DNA of 64,000 nt from Gemmatimonadales bacterium (GTDB taxonomy: Bacteria > Gemmatimonadota > Gemmatimonadetes > Gemmatimonadales > GWC2-71-9): assembly GCA_038321865.1 (NCBI GenBank), contig JBBQFH010000004.1, positions 1 to 64,000 of the forward strand. The letters run 5' to 3'. The stretch's first letter is position 1. Each line of letters begins with the position of its first letter. The notes below the pieces were generated by a model. The model had not been told where the DNA came from. It saw only the letters and a program-made list of their open reading frames with translations, and did no database searches. Shown here in pieces: positions 1-9,550 of the stretch. The position numbers and the translations under genes are program-made.

Positions 1-557
1 AGCTCCTCGCCGCTGAACGCAATGAACACGACGGTCCTGGCCGGAGGAGCCGCCGCCAGCGCCTCGGCGATGTGAATCAGCGCCGCCGCGCCCGACGCGT
101 TGTCGTCGGCACCGTTGTGGACCTTCCCGGTGCTGTCGGGCGCGTCGAGCGCGCCGTACCCGCCACCGCCGAGGTGGTCGTAGTGCGCGCCGATGATGAT
201 GGTCTCATTGCGCAGGACCGGATCCCGTCCCGCCAGGATACCCACGACGTTCCGGCCGGTCAGGCCGCCGACGCCCGCCGCGCGGGCGGCCGGTGCGTCT
301 GGCGAGATCGGGAAGGTCTGAAACCAGCCGCCGGCCGCGGGCTGGAGCCCGGCCGCGGCGAAACGCCGCGCGAGATAGGCGGCGGCGGTATCGGCGCCGG
401 GTGAGCCGGTCAGCCGCCCAGCCAGCCGATCATCGGCCAGATAGCGGATGTCGTCGAGCACCGAGGGTTCCGGCGCGGTGGTCGTGCGCTGAGCGTAAAG
501 CGGCAGTGCCGGCGCCGCGAGCGCGGCCCAGCAGGCGAGGACAAGCGATCGGTGCAT
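1..557 (-). CDS. M28 family peptidase, secreted (partial; runs off the left edge)
   Basis: Manual translation from ATG at 557: signal-like [23 protein letters not shown], then [19 protein letters not shown] and FIAFSGEEL, the M28 zinc-binding motifs. Not in the ORF track. Confidence 0.9.
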   Translation of the reverse strand, partial: MHRSLVLACWAALAAPALPLYAQRTTTAPEPSVLDDIRYLADDRLAGRLTGSPGADTAAAYLARRFAAAGLQPAAGGWFQTFPISPDAPAARAAGVGGLTGRNVVGILAGRDPVLRNETIIIGAHYDHLGGGGYGALDAPDSTGKVHNGADDNASGAAALIHIAEALAAAPPARTVVFIAFSGEE

Positions 558-690
558 AGGTTCCAGCGTTGGGACACGCGCGGGGCGGTCGGTCAGGGTT
601 GCCGGATGGGGGTTCTGACTCAAGATTCCAGCCGGATACGCTTTCAATATACATGCGCCTCCCCACTCCCGAGCCGACCGCGGACGCTCA

Positions 691-1260
691 TTGTCGCCCA
701 GACTGCTCGCCCTCGTGCCATCCGCCGTCGCGATCAACCTCGCCATCGGCTTCATCGTCAATCAGGTCGGGCTGCCGCTCTATCTCGACAGCGTCGGTAC
801 CGTGCTCACGAGCGCACTGGCCGGCCCGCTTCCCGGGCTCATCACGGGGCTGGTGAGCCAGAGCGTTCGCTCGCTGTATGAGGGATTCATCTGGCTGCCG
901 TTCGGTGCGGTGCAGGCGCTCATCGCGCTGTTGGCCGCGCTGGCGGCGCGGCGCGGCGGCTTCCGCACCGTCCCCCTTGCCGCGGGCTGGGGCATGGGCG
1001 TGGGCCTCGCGGCCGGCGCGTTGTCCGCGCTGATTTCCTTCTTCGTGTTCAAGGGCGTGACGGCGACCGGCGTCACGGCCGTTACCCTGGCGCTCACCCG
1101 GCTCGGGCTCAGCACCGCGCAGGCCGTCACGGCCGCCAGTCTCGGCACGGACGTCCTGGACAAGACGATTGTATTCTCGCTGGTGGGCATCACCCTGCGC
1201 GCGTTGCCGCAGCGCGTCCTCGGACGCTACGAGTGGGCGCGGCGCGCGCTGGGACGGTGA
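691..1260 (+). CDS. ECF transporter substrate-specific S component (resembles the STY3230/QrtT-like group; substrate uncertain)
   Basis: About 6 TM helices; [16 protein letters not shown] and DVLDK motifs; directly followed by EcfT and two ATPases. TTG start is uncertain. Confidence 0.8.
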   Translation: MSPRLLALVPSAVAINLAIGFIVNQVGLPLYLDSVGTVLTSALAGPLPGLITGLVSQSVRSLYEGFIWLPFGAVQALIALLAALAARRGGFRTVPLAAGWGMGVGLAAGALSALISFFVFKGVTATGVTAVTLALTRLGLSTAQAVTAASLGTDVLDKTIVFSLVGITLRALPQRVLGRYEWARRALGR

Positions 1261-1997
1261 GCCACCGCCGAGGACTCGCGCGACGGGCGCATCCGTTCAC
1301 CATGTTCGCCGTCACGGGGGGGATCGCCGTGCTGGCATTCCTGCTGCCGGCGCCGCGAGGTCCCGTCGTGCTGTACGCGGCCGTGCTGGCGCTGAGCCTC
1401 GTCGTCGGGGAAGGCCGCTCGGCCCTCCGGGCGATCCGGGTCTGCCTGCCGCTGTGGATCCTGCTCGCGCTCCTCCTCGGCCTGTCCCCCGGTGGCGAGC
1501 GCCAGTGGATCGGCCCGCTCAGCCTTTCCCGGGGAGGGCTCGCCGCTGCGCTCGCCCAGGGAGCGCGACTGGGCGCTGTCGCCACCGTGTCGCTCGCACT
1601 CTTCGCCGGATTCGATCCCTCCCGCTTTCTCGATGCCGTCGCCGAGCGCGGCTGGTCGTTCCATGCCGGCTACCTGCTCGTCGCTACGCTGCAGGCGGTG
1701 CCACGATTCCGCCACCGCGCCGCGATGATTCTCGAGGCGCAGCGGGCGCGCGGCCTCCGGTTTCGCGGGAGCCCGCTTCGACGGGCACGCGCGCTCGTCC
1801 CGCTCACCCTCCCGCTGGTGCTCGGGATGCTGAGCGAGGTCGACGACCGCGCCATGGCGCTCGAAACCCGCGGCGTCGATGCGCGGGTGCCCCGGACGTC
1901 GCTTCGGTCGCCGCCGGACTCCCTCCCGGATCGCATCATTCGCTGGGCCATGCCGGTGCTGGTGCTGGCCGCGCTCGTCTGGCGGCTCGCCGGGTGA
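1257..1997 (+). CDS. ecfT: ECF transporter transmembrane T component (CbiQ/EcfT family)
   Basis: EAQRARG and ALETRG (XRX) motifs; GTG start overlaps the upstream stop (GTGA). Confidence 0.9.
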   Translation: MSHRRGLARRAHPFTMFAVTGGIAVLAFLLPAPRGPVVLYAAVLALSLVVGEGRSALRAIRVCLPLWILLALLLGLSPGGERQWIGPLSLSRGGLAAALAQGARLGAVATVSLALFAGFDPSRFLDAVAERGWSFHAGYLLVATLQAVPRFRHRAAMILEAQRARGLRFRGSPLRRARALVPLTLPLVLGMLSEVDDRAMALETRGVDARVPRTSLRSPPDSLPDRIIRWAMPVLVLAALVWRLAG

Positions 1998-2845
1998 GCG
2001 CCGTCCGATTCGCCGGCGTGTCGCTGCGCTACAGCGGCGCGCCGGCCGATGCGCTCGGCGGAATTACGCTCGACATTGCGTCCGGATCGGTGTCGTGGCT
2101 GTTCGGCTCGCTGGGCGCCGGCTGCAGCTCGCTGCTCCTGGTCGCCGCCGGCCTCGCCCCCCGCCACTCCGGCGGCACGCTCGCGGGCCAGGTCACCACC
2201 CTCGGGGAGAATCCTCACGAGACGGCGGGCCGGCGCGCGCTCGCGGGCCGGGTCGCGTACGTGATGGCAACGCCCGGCGTTCAGCTCTCGGGTGTGGCGG
2301 CCACGGTGTGGGACGAGGCGGCGTTCGCGCCGGCCAACCTTGGGTGGCCCATCGCTCGCATCGCTGCCGCGGTGGACGCGGCGCTTGGCCGGCTCGGCAT
2401 CGCGCATCTGGCGGCCCGGCATCCGGCGGCGCTCTCGGGTGGGGAGCTGCAACGGGTGGTGATCGCCTCGATGCTGGTGTTGGCTCCCGAGCTCTGGCTA
2501 CTCGACGAGCCGGCTTCCGCGCTCGATCGTGACGGTCGCCGGCTCCTGGCGGAACTGCTGCGTGTCGAAGCCGCCAGGGGTGCCGCCGTGGTGGTCGCCA
2601 CCGAGGATGCCGATGCCATGCTCGAGCTGGCCCAGCGTGTCATAGTGCTCGATCACGGGCGAGTGGCGCTGGATGGACCCCCAGCCAACGTGCTGGCCGG
2701 CGAAGCCGTCTGGGTCCATGCCGATGAAAGCACGACCGTCGCGGGGCTGGCACGGGCAGCCGGGCGGCTCGATTCGCCGCCACCGCCCGCCCTGCGTCCA
2801 CCCTATCCGCTGACGGTCTCCGAGGGGCTGGCCCGGTGGCGATGA
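1994..2845 (+). CDS. ECF ABC ATPase (A1) with degenerate Walker A
   Basis: C-terminal part of ORF 1169..2845, restarted at the GTGA overlap. GSLGAGCSS (Walker A Lys to Cys), LSGGE signature, LLDEP Walker B. Confidence 0.85.
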   Translation: MSAVRFAGVSLRYSGAPADALGGITLDIASGSVSWLFGSLGAGCSSLLLVAAGLAPRHSGGTLAGQVTTLGENPHETAGRRALAGRVAYVMATPGVQLSGVAATVWDEAAFAPANLGWPIARIAAAVDAALGRLGIAHLAARHPAALSGGELQRVVIASMLVLAPELWLLDEPASALDRDGRRLLAELLRVEAARGAAVVVATEDADAMLELAQRVIVLDHGRVALDGPPANVLAGEAVWVHADESTTVAGLARAAGRLDSPPPPALRPPYPLTVSEGLARWR

Positions 2846-3660
2846 CCGCCGGGCCGATCCTCGAGGCCGAGGGCGTCCGCGTCAGGTATGCGGGAGCCAC
2901 CGCACCCGCGCTGGATGGCGTGACCCTGGCGGTGCAGCCCGGCGAGGGAGTCGCGCTGCTCGGCGCCAACGGTGCCGGCAAGACGACGCTGCTGCGGGCG
3001 GCGATGGCGCTGGTTCGTCCGGAGCGCGGCACGCTGTGCGTGGCCGGGCGCGATGCCGCGCGCTGCACACCGGAAGAGTTCGCCGACGTCGCCGGGTATC
3101 TCTTTCAGCAGCCCGAGTCGCAGCTGTTCGAACAAACGGTGCGTGCCGAGCTTGGCTTCGGGCCGCGCCAGCTCGGCTGGGCCCCCGCGCCGATCGCGGC
3201 GGCGGTCGCCGAACAGCTGGACGCGCTCGAGCTGATGGATGCGGCGGATACCCATCCGTACGATTTACCTTCCCCCCGCCACCGTGTGGTCGCGCTCGCG
3301 GCGACGCTCACGGTACGGCCGCGCCTGCTGCTGCTCGACGAGCCGACCGCCGGCCTCGACCGCGCCGCCCGCCAGCTGGTGATTCGCGCGGTGCTGCGCG
3401 TCCGGACTCGAGGCGCCGCGGTGCTCGCCGTTACTCACGACGGCGACTTCGCGCTCGAGGCGCTCGACCGCGGGCTGGTGCTCGAGGCGGGGCGTGTCGT
3501 CGCCGACGAGGCGATCGCGGGTCTCCTGGGATCCCGGCCCGACGTTCCGGAGCTGCCGGCCGCGGCCCGGCTTTCGGGCCGCCTCGGGCTCGCGGTGTCG
3601 TCACCGCGCTTCGCGGCTGTGACGGATGCGCTCGCCGCGCATTGCCGCTCCCGCGGATGA
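2842..3660 (+). CDS. ECF ABC ATPase (A2) with degenerate signature motif
   Basis: GANGAGKTT, LFQQPESQLF (ECF Q-helix), LPSPR in place of LSGGQ, LLLDEP, THD; ATGA overlap. Confidence 0.9.
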   Translation: MTAGPILEAEGVRVRYAGATAPALDGVTLAVQPGEGVALLGANGAGKTTLLRAAMALVRPERGTLCVAGRDAARCTPEEFADVAGYLFQQPESQLFEQTVRAELGFGPRQLGWAPAPIAAAVAEQLDALELMDAADTHPYDLPSPRHRVVALAATLTVRPRLLLLDEPTAGLDRAARQLVIRAVLRVRTRGAAVLAVTHDGDFALEALDRGLVLEAGRVVADEAIAGLLGSRPDVPELPAAARLSGRLGLAVSSPRFAAVTDALAAHCRSRG

Positions 3661-3701
3661 CGGGTTAACTTGCGAGTGCGCCGGGACTCCCGTCGCCCCC
3701 T

Positions 3702-5186
3702 ATGACTGCCTCTGCCTCCGTTGCGGCGAATTTCGCCTGTGTCCTGACCCTCCTCCGCGATCAGCCTGATGCCCGGGAGGAGCAGGTCGCGGCGTTCCGC
3801 CTCTTCCTGGCGAGCCTCAACGGCGGACCGATGGATCTGCGGACCACGCCGCGCGGCCTGCGGATCAACGGCACCGATGTGCTGGTCGGCGCGCCGGGTG
3901 TCGCCGTGCTGCGCGATCAACTGCTGCTTCACGGCGTGGGCGAAATCCGCACACCCGGGTCGGTCAATACGGCCACACTTCTCGAAATCATGCGTGCGCT
4001 GGCCGCTCAGCGGGGCCGGTTCGCTTCGGTCTATGAGCTGTCGAATGCGGTGCACGCCCCGGCGGCGGGCGTCGTGATCGCGCCGCCGGCCCCGGAAGAT
4101 GCGGAGGAAGCCGGCGACTGGAGCATGTACGAGCCGGTCGCGACCGATGCCGCCGATGCGCCGGCCGCACCCGCGGAGCCCGAACCGCTGAAGCCCACCG
4201 GCCCGGCGGCCCGCCTCAGCGCACTGCTGCAGCAGATCGAGCGCGACCCGGCATCACCGGCCGTACCCGACCTGTTGGGCGAAGTGGTGGGGCTCTCCGA
4301 TTTCGCCGCGGATCGCCAGCAGTGGAGCGAGGTCATCCGCGCGGGCGAGACCATCGTCGCCGCGGAGCAGCGGGCCGGCACCGCCGCATTCGGCCGCGCG
4401 TATTCCATTGCCCTGAGACGCATGCTCCCGAGGTCGGTGCTGGAGCACTTCGCGCGCATGGTGGGCGGCCCGCTGCGCCCGCGGGTGCTTCCAGTGCTTC
4501 AGCGTATGGGCGCCGATTCAACCGAGGTGCTGCTCGGCCTCCTGGCGTCGGCGTCGACGATCGAGGAGCGCCGGGCCTATTACGGCGCGCTCCGGCAGAT
4601 GACCGAGGGCACCGAGCTGCTGGTCAACATGCTGACGCACGATGACTGGTTCGTGATTCGCAACGTGGCGGACCTCTGCGGCGAGCTCGCCATCGAAGCC
4701 GCGGTGCCCCGCCTCGCCAAGCACCTGGCTCATCCGGACGAGCGGGTCCGCCGGTCGGTCGCGGGCGCGCTGTCCAAGATCGGAACCGCTTCGACCATCG
4801 AGCCGCTCCGACAGGCGCTGCGCGATCCGTCGCCGACTGTGCGCCTCCAGGCCGTCCAGGGAGTGGACCGCCGGAAGGGTCGCGGGCTGGCGATGACGCT
4901 GGCCGTGCTGCTGGAGGACGAGTCCCACCCGGATGTCGTGCGGGAGATGCTGGTGGCGCTGGGCAGGATCGGGACGGCAGAGGCGGTCCAGGCGCTGGTG
5001 CGCGCGGCCACGCCGGGCCGGCGCCTGTTCAGCCGGAAGCCAGTGGCGATCCGGCTCGCGGCGGTCGAGGGCCTGCGCGCCGCCGGTACCACGCGCGCGG
5101 CCGCCTCGCTCCAGTCATTGCTGAACGACGACGACGGCGAGGTCCGCCAGGCCGCGCAGAAAGCGCTGGCTGCGCTGAACGGCTAA
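3702..5186 (+). CDS. HEAT/PBS-lyase repeat protein
   Basis: Repeated D..VR..A..AL..IG units in the C-terminal half (e.g. HPDERVRRSVAGALSKIG, DDDGEVRQAAQKAL). Confidence 0.85.
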   Translation: MTASASVAANFACVLTLLRDQPDAREEQVAAFRLFLASLNGGPMDLRTTPRGLRINGTDVLVGAPGVAVLRDQLLLHGVGEIRTPGSVNTATLLEIMRALAAQRGRFASVYELSNAVHAPAAGVVIAPPAPEDAEEAGDWSMYEPVATDAADAPAAPAEPEPLKPTGPAARLSALLQQIERDPASPAVPDLLGEVVGLSDFAADRQQWSEVIRAGETIVAAEQRAGTAAFGRAYSIALRRMLPRSVLEHFARMVGGPLRPRVLPVLQRMGADSTEVLLGLLASASTIEERRAYYGALRQMTEGTELLVNMLTHDDWFVIRNVADLCGELAIEAAVPRLAKHLAHPDERVRRSVAGALSKIGTASTIEPLRQALRDPSPTVRLQAVQGVDRRKGRGLAMTLAVLLEDESHPDVVREMLVALGRIGTAEAVQALVRAATPGRRLFSRKPVAIRLAAVEGLRAAGTTRAAASLQSLLNDDDGEVRQAAQKALAALNG

Positions 5187-5191
5187 CCCGC

Positions 5192-6262
5192 TCAGCGCGG
5201 GACGAAGTCCGTCGTTCCGGTCACCCGCCTGGCCGTCGCGGCCAGCAGCCGGGCGGTCTGTTCCAGATCGTCGAGCGCCACCATCTCGTTCGGGCTGTGC
5301 ATGTAACGGTTCGGCACCGAGACGAGCGCCGTCGCCACTCCACGGTGCGCGTTGAAAATGCCCTCAGCGTCCGTGTGCGTGTCCTTCGAGGCCGCCTCGA
5401 TGGTGTAGGCGATTCCCTCCCGTTCGGCGGTGTCGGCCAGCAGCTCGAACAGTGCGGAGTTCACCGACGCGCCCCGGGAGAGGACGGGCCCGCCGCCCAG
5501 CCGGTAGTCGCCGTGCCGGCGCTTGTCGATCCCGGGATAATCCGTCGCGTGGGTCACGTCGACCACGATCGCGACCGTGGGCTCGAGCTGGGTGGCGAGC
5601 GGCCGGGCACCGCCGCCGTTGGACGAGATTTCTTCCCGGGTGGTCGCGACGGCCGTCACCGTTGCGGCCGCGGGCGGACCCGCCGCCAGGAGCCGCAGCG
5701 CCTCCAGCACCACGAACGACCCGATCCGGTTGTCGATGCTGCGGCTCACGATGCGGCCGTTGGGAAACTCCAGCACCTGCGACGCGAGCACACCGGGGTC
5801 GCCGATGCGGACGCGGGTGAGGGCTTCGTCGCGGCCCCGCGCGCCGATGTCGATCCAGAGGTCCTCCACCTTCGAAATCTTGTCGCGCTCATCCTTGTCC
5901 ATCAGATGGATCGCCTTCTTGCCGACCACGCCGTCCACCACGCCGCCCCGCCCGAGCAGCAGGATACGCTGCCCCACGAATACCTGGCTGTCCCAGCCGC
6001 CGATCGTGTCGAAGCTGAGGTAGCCTTCCTCGTCGACGTGGCTCACCATCACGCCGATCTCGTCCATGTGACCGGCCAGCATCACGCGGGATGCCGTGTC
6101 CCCGCCGAGCGTCGCCCAGGAGTTGCCGGTGACGTCCACACCCACCGTATCGGTCAGCCGCGCCGCTTCGGTGCGCCAGACCCGTGCCGGCGCCGACTCG
6201 AACGCCGAGGGGCCCGGCGTATCCAGCAGCTGCTTCAGAAATGCGAGCGATTCAGGCCTCAC
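5192..6262 (-). CDS. M42 family aminopeptidase
   Basis: AGHMDEIG, SIDNRIG, TREEI, VDVTHA, RYMHSP motifs; start set at GTG 6262, overlapping the upstream stop. Confidence 0.92.
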   Translation of the reverse strand: MRPESLAFLKQLLDTPGPSAFESAPARVWRTEAARLTDTVGVDVTGNSWATLGGDTASRVMLAGHMDEIGVMVSHVDEEGYLSFDTIGGWDSQVFVGQRILLLGRGGVVDGVVGKKAIHLMDKDERDKISKVEDLWIDIGARGRDEALTRVRIGDPGVLASQVLEFPNGRIVSRSIDNRIGSFVVLEALRLLAAGPPAAATVTAVATTREEISSNGGGARPLATQLEPTVAIVVDVTHATDYPGIDKRRHGDYRLGGGPVLSRGASVNSALFELLADTAEREGIAYTIEAASKDTHTDAEGIFNAHRGVATALVSVPNRYMHSPNEMVALDDLEQTARLLAATARRVTGTTDFVPR

Positions 6263-6708
6263 GTGCGCGCCGCGCCGCCAGCCTGCGAGCCGAATCGCGC
6301 CCTGAAGCTGTCCATCATCTGGCGGCCCACCTCGGTTTCCCGCGACACCCATTCGGTATGCTGCAGCGTCCGTGGTGACCCGGCGGCCCGCAGCTCCGCC
6401 AGATACGGCTCGATCCGAGCGAAGAGAAACAGCCCCTCGCCGCTGTTCTCGACGAGGTAGTCGGCATGCACGATGCCGTGGCGGGCCATTCCGTACACCA
6501 TTTCCCAGTAACCCATCACCTGCCTGACCGCCGCGTTGAGCGGATGATCGCGGGCCAGCACCGCCACTGCCTCCTCGGCGTTCTTCGGCCAGTACTGCGC
6601 GTTGATCGCGTGGCGCGACTCGCGCATCACGGCCTCGCGCCTCAGATCGTACAGCTTGAGTACGAGTTCAGCGTCATGGTGGTCGGGCAGATCGTTGGGC
6701 AACTTCAT
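6259..6708 (-). CDS. Conserved hypothetical protein (DUF4760-like)
   Basis: HDAELVLKLYDLRRE and YWEM motifs; GGAG RBS; coupled to the M42 gene. Confidence 0.75.
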   Translation of the reverse strand: MKLPNDLPDHHDAELVLKLYDLRREAVMRESRHAINAQYWPKNAEEAVAVLARDHPLNAAVRQVMGYWEMVYGMARHGIVHADYLVENSGEGLFLFARIEPYLAELRAAGSPRTLQHTEWVSRETEVGRQMMDSFRARFGSQAGGAART

Positions 6709-6753
6709 CGGGTGGAGCCTCGCAGGGAAAATGGAACGCGTCGGCGCTGCGCC

Positions 6754-8943
6754 TCAGCGCTTGGCCACGCGATAGAGTACCGCGCCGAGCAGACAGAACA
6801 TGAGTGTCGCGGCGAGGTCGCTGGTGGCGAACCCGCCGACCCGCTGGGACAACCCCGCCACCTGCGCGAGGTAGTCCGCCGCAGGGACCTGGGCCGTTTC
6901 CGCCCGGCGCACGAACGCCGCCGCGACACCGGCGACCGCGATGCCCGCGATCGATCCGCCCGCAATGAGCCCGCTGGAGAAGAGCACACCCGGGCCCGAT
7001 TCGATCTCGGCGAGCGAACGCTCCTGGCCGCGGAGCCGGCGCTCGACCAGCCACCGCACCGCGCCGCCGGCAAACATCGCTGACGAGGTCGAGATCGGCA
7101 GGTAGACGCCAACCGCCACCGGCAGCGACGGCAGGCCCATGAGCTCGATTGCGAAGGTGATGAACACGCCGATCAGCACCAGGCCCCACGGCAGCTTCCG
7201 GGTCAGGATGCCGTCGGTGACCAGCGCCATGATCGTCGCCTTGGGCGAGTCGAGCTTCGTGATCGGCTTGCCGTTGAGTTCGCGAATCCGCCCCCCGATC
7301 CCCGGATCCACCAGGTACGCGATCGCCCTGGTCGACGGATCGATGAGGTACTTGCCGGGCAGGACCCCGTCGGTCGGGATGTTGACCCGGACGACTTCCC
7401 AGGACCGGCCCGCGTGCGTCAGCTGCTCGCCAGTGGTGGTCACCGAACGGTCCGCGACGCCTGGCGCGGCCGCGTGCAGCGTGACGCCCGGGTGCTGTTC
7501 CGGCACGATGTTGGTGTAGGTCGTGTTGAGCAGGGTCAGCGTCCAGCCGATCGCCATCGCCGACGTGACTACGCCGACCATGATCGCGATCTGCTGCCGC
7601 CGGGGCGTCGCACCGACCAGGAAGCCGGTCTTGAGGTCCTGGCTCGTGGCGCCACCATTGCTGGCCGCGACCGCGATGACGCCGGCGATCGAGAGCGCGC
7701 CCACGCGGTGATCGACGCCGGTCCAGCCGATGAGCAGAAAGACCGCGCAGGTTCCGATCAGCGCGGCGATGGTCATTCCCGAAATCGGGTTGGCGCTGGA
7801 CCCGATCTCTCCCGTGATGCGGGACGACACGACGACGAAGAAAAAGCCGAACACCACGATCAGGATCGCCCCCAGGAGGTTGACGCCCACCTGGGGAAGG
7901 AAGGTGAGCAGCAGGGCCAGCGCGAGCGATCCGGCGAGCGTGATCCAGACCGGGAGATCGGAATCGGTCCGCAGCTTCGCGGACGCGGTGCCGACGGTCG
8001 ACCGCAGATCCTGGAAGCCGGAACGGAAGGCGGAGACGATCGTCGGCAGTGCCCGGAGCAGCGCGATGATGCCGGCGGACGCGACCGCGCCGGCGCCGAT
8101 GTAGAAGACGAAATTCGAGCGGACCTCACCCGGGCTCATCTGGGCGATGAGCTTCGTTTCCGCGAAGATCGGCGCCGTCAGACCGGCGCCGAACAGCTTG
8201 ATCGCCGGGATGAGGACCAGATAGGCGAGGCAGCCCCCGGCAAAGAGAAAGCCCGCGATCCGCGGGCCGATGATGTAGCCGACGCCCAGCAGCTCGGGCG
8301 AAACTTCCGCGGAAATCGAGGCGCCGGTATAGAAGGTCGAGACCCGGCCCGGATACTCCTTCCACAGCTTGAGACCCGCCATCAGGAACTTGTAGGCGAA
8401 CGCCAGCCCGAAGGCCTGGAAGAGCAGCTTGGCCTGGAGCCCGCCGCGCTCCCCCGCCACCAGCACCTCGGCGCATGCCGTCCCTTCGGGGTAGCGAAGG
8501 CGGCCGTGCTCCTTGACGATCAGCGCCTTCCGCAACGGAATCATCATCAGCACGCCCATGAGGCCGCCGACCAGCGCGATCACTGTGATCTTGGAGACCG
8601 TCAGGTCGTACCCCATGAGCAGAATCGCCGGCAGCGTGAACACGATGCCCGCGGCAATCGAGTCCGACGCCGACCCCGTGGTCTGCACGATGTTGTTCTC
8701 GAGAATCGTTGAGCGGCCCAGGGTGCGGAAGAACGCCACCGCCAGCACGGCGATCGGAATCGATGCCGATACGGTCAGGCCGATCTTGAGGGCGAGATAG
8801 ACGCTCGATGCCGCGAAGATCACCCCCAGCGCCGAACCGAGCAGCAGCGCCCGGATCGTCAGCTCGGCCGGTGACTGGTTCGCTGGAATGTAGGGCTCGA
8901 ACGTGGTACCCTGAGTCGCTGGCGGTGGGGCGGCAGTCGCCAT
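6754..8943 (-). CDS. OPT family oligopeptide transporter
   Basis: ELTIRA, YLALKIGLTVSASIP, ENNIVQT, YPEGTACAEVL, SSANPISG, QDLKTG motifs; multi-TM. Confidence 0.95.
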   Translation of the reverse strand: MATAAPPPATQGTTFEPYIPANQSPAELTIRALLLGSALGVIFAASSVYLALKIGLTVSASIPIAVLAVAFFRTLGRSTILENNIVQTTGSASDSIAAGIVFTLPAILLMGYDLTVSKITVIALVGGLMGVLMMIPLRKALIVKEHGRLRYPEGTACAEVLVAGERGGLQAKLLFQAFGLAFAYKFLMAGLKLWKEYPGRVSTFYTGASISAEVSPELLGVGYIIGPRIAGFLFAGGCLAYLVLIPAIKLFGAGLTAPIFAETKLIAQMSPGEVRSNFVFYIGAGAVASAGIIALLRALPTIVSAFRSGFQDLRSTVGTASAKLRTDSDLPVWITLAGSLALALLLTFLPQVGVNLLGAILIVVFGFFFVVVSSRITGEIGSSANPISGMTIAALIGTCAVFLLIGWTGVDHRVGALSIAGVIAVAASNGGATSQDLKTGFLVGATPRRQQIAIMVGVVTSAMAIGWTLTLLNTTYTNIVPEQHPGVTLHAAAPGVADRSVTTTGEQLTHAGRSWEVVRVNIPTDGVLPGKYLIDPSTRAIAYLVDPGIGGRIRELNGKPITKLDSPKATIMALVTDGILTRKLPWGLVLIGVFITFAIELMGLPSLPVAVGVYLPISTSSAMFAGGAVRWLVERRLRGQERSLAEIESGPGVLFSSGLIAGGSIAGIAVAGVAAAFVRRAETAQVPAADYLAQVAGLSQRVGGFATSDLAATLMFCLLGAVLYRVAKR

Positions 8944-9009
8944 ATCAATCGTTCCGTGCGTGGGGGGAGAGGGAAGCTAGGCCCGCCCGGCCACCTCGTC
9001 CAGCGGCCG

Positions 9010-9052
9010 GGTGACCGTGGTCACCGCCCCAGTCGCGGGTGTCGTCTACGTT
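9010..9052 (+). promoter_or_regulatory. Putative Crp/Fnr-family site (GGTGA-N6-TCACC) at about -41.5 of a TACGTT -10 element
   Basis: Palindrome GGTGACC-GT-GGTCACC at 9010-9025; TACGTT at 9047-9052. Confidence 0.45.
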
Positions 9053-9093
9053 GTGGCATCGGGCGGACCCCACGGATCCTCACTGGAGGAAGT

Positions 9094-9246
9094 ATGCTCT
9101 GGACCATCTTCGTCATCCTGCTGGTGCTCTGGCTGCTGGGGGTGGTCACGGCCTATACCTTCGGCGGGTTTATTCACATTCTCCTGGTTCTTGCCATCGT
9201 CGTCGTCCTGGTGCGGGTGATCCAGGGCCGGCGCCCGATCGATTGA
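9094..9246 (+). CDS. lmo0937-family small membrane protein (50 aa)
   Basis: MLWTIFVILLVLWLLG...GGFIHILLVLAIVVVLVRVIQGRR; GGAGGA RBS. Confidence 0.9.
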   Translation: MLWTIFVILLVLWLLGVVTAYTFGGFIHILLVLAIVVVLVRVIQGRRPID

Positions 9247-9253
9247 GCCGGCC

Positions 9254-9475
9254 ATGAAAGTCGCCACGCTCGTCGGGCTCATCCTCCTGGTCATCGGGGG
9301 CATCGGATTCGCACTCGGCGGCTTCTCGTTCACGCGCCGCGAAAAAGTGATCGATATCGGGCCGATCCAGGCGACGGCGGAGCGGCAGCACTCGGTGCCG
9401 ATCTCGCCGATTCTCAGCGGCATCGCCGTCGTCGGCGGGATCGCGTTGATAGCTGTTGGCGCCCGCAGGGTCTAG
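9254..9475 (+). CDS. Small two-TM membrane protein (DUF3185-like)
   Basis: TM, then FTRREKVIDIGPIQAT, then a second TM; follows the lmo0937-like gene. Confidence 0.85.
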   Translation: MKVATLVGLILLVIGGIGFALGGFSFTRREKVIDIGPIQATAERQHSVPISPILSGIAVVGGIALIAVGARRV

Positions 9476-9502
9476 GCGGCGGTTGGACAAATTCGCAAGC
9501 AT

Positions 9503-9532
9503 AAAAAGGGGGCACCGGATGGTGCCCCCTTT
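9503..9532. terminator. Bidirectional intrinsic terminator
   Basis: AAAAAGGGGGCACC-GGAT-GGTGCCCCCTTT between convergent genes. Confidence 0.85.
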
Positions 9533-9550
9533 GACTTGGTCCGCCCCAAC

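Noticed and set aside
558..690. Possible preQ1 or other riboswitch upstream of the ECF S component
   Set aside because: GGGGGTTCTGAC is only superficially preQ1-like; there is no closing P1 stem and no A-rich 3' tail.
1169..1993. Long N-terminal extensions in the ORF track (also on 27693, 31942, 46987, 48194, 51721, 53634, 61022 and the TolC ORF)
   Set aside because: They overlap upstream genes in another frame and have low-complexity Arg/Pro/Ala content; better starts exist at stop/start overlaps or RBS sites.
9505..9532. Hairpins with a GGAT loop here and at 36045-36066 as a possible REP family
   Set aside because: Only two copies, with different stems; explained as ordinary terminator or stabiliser hairpins.
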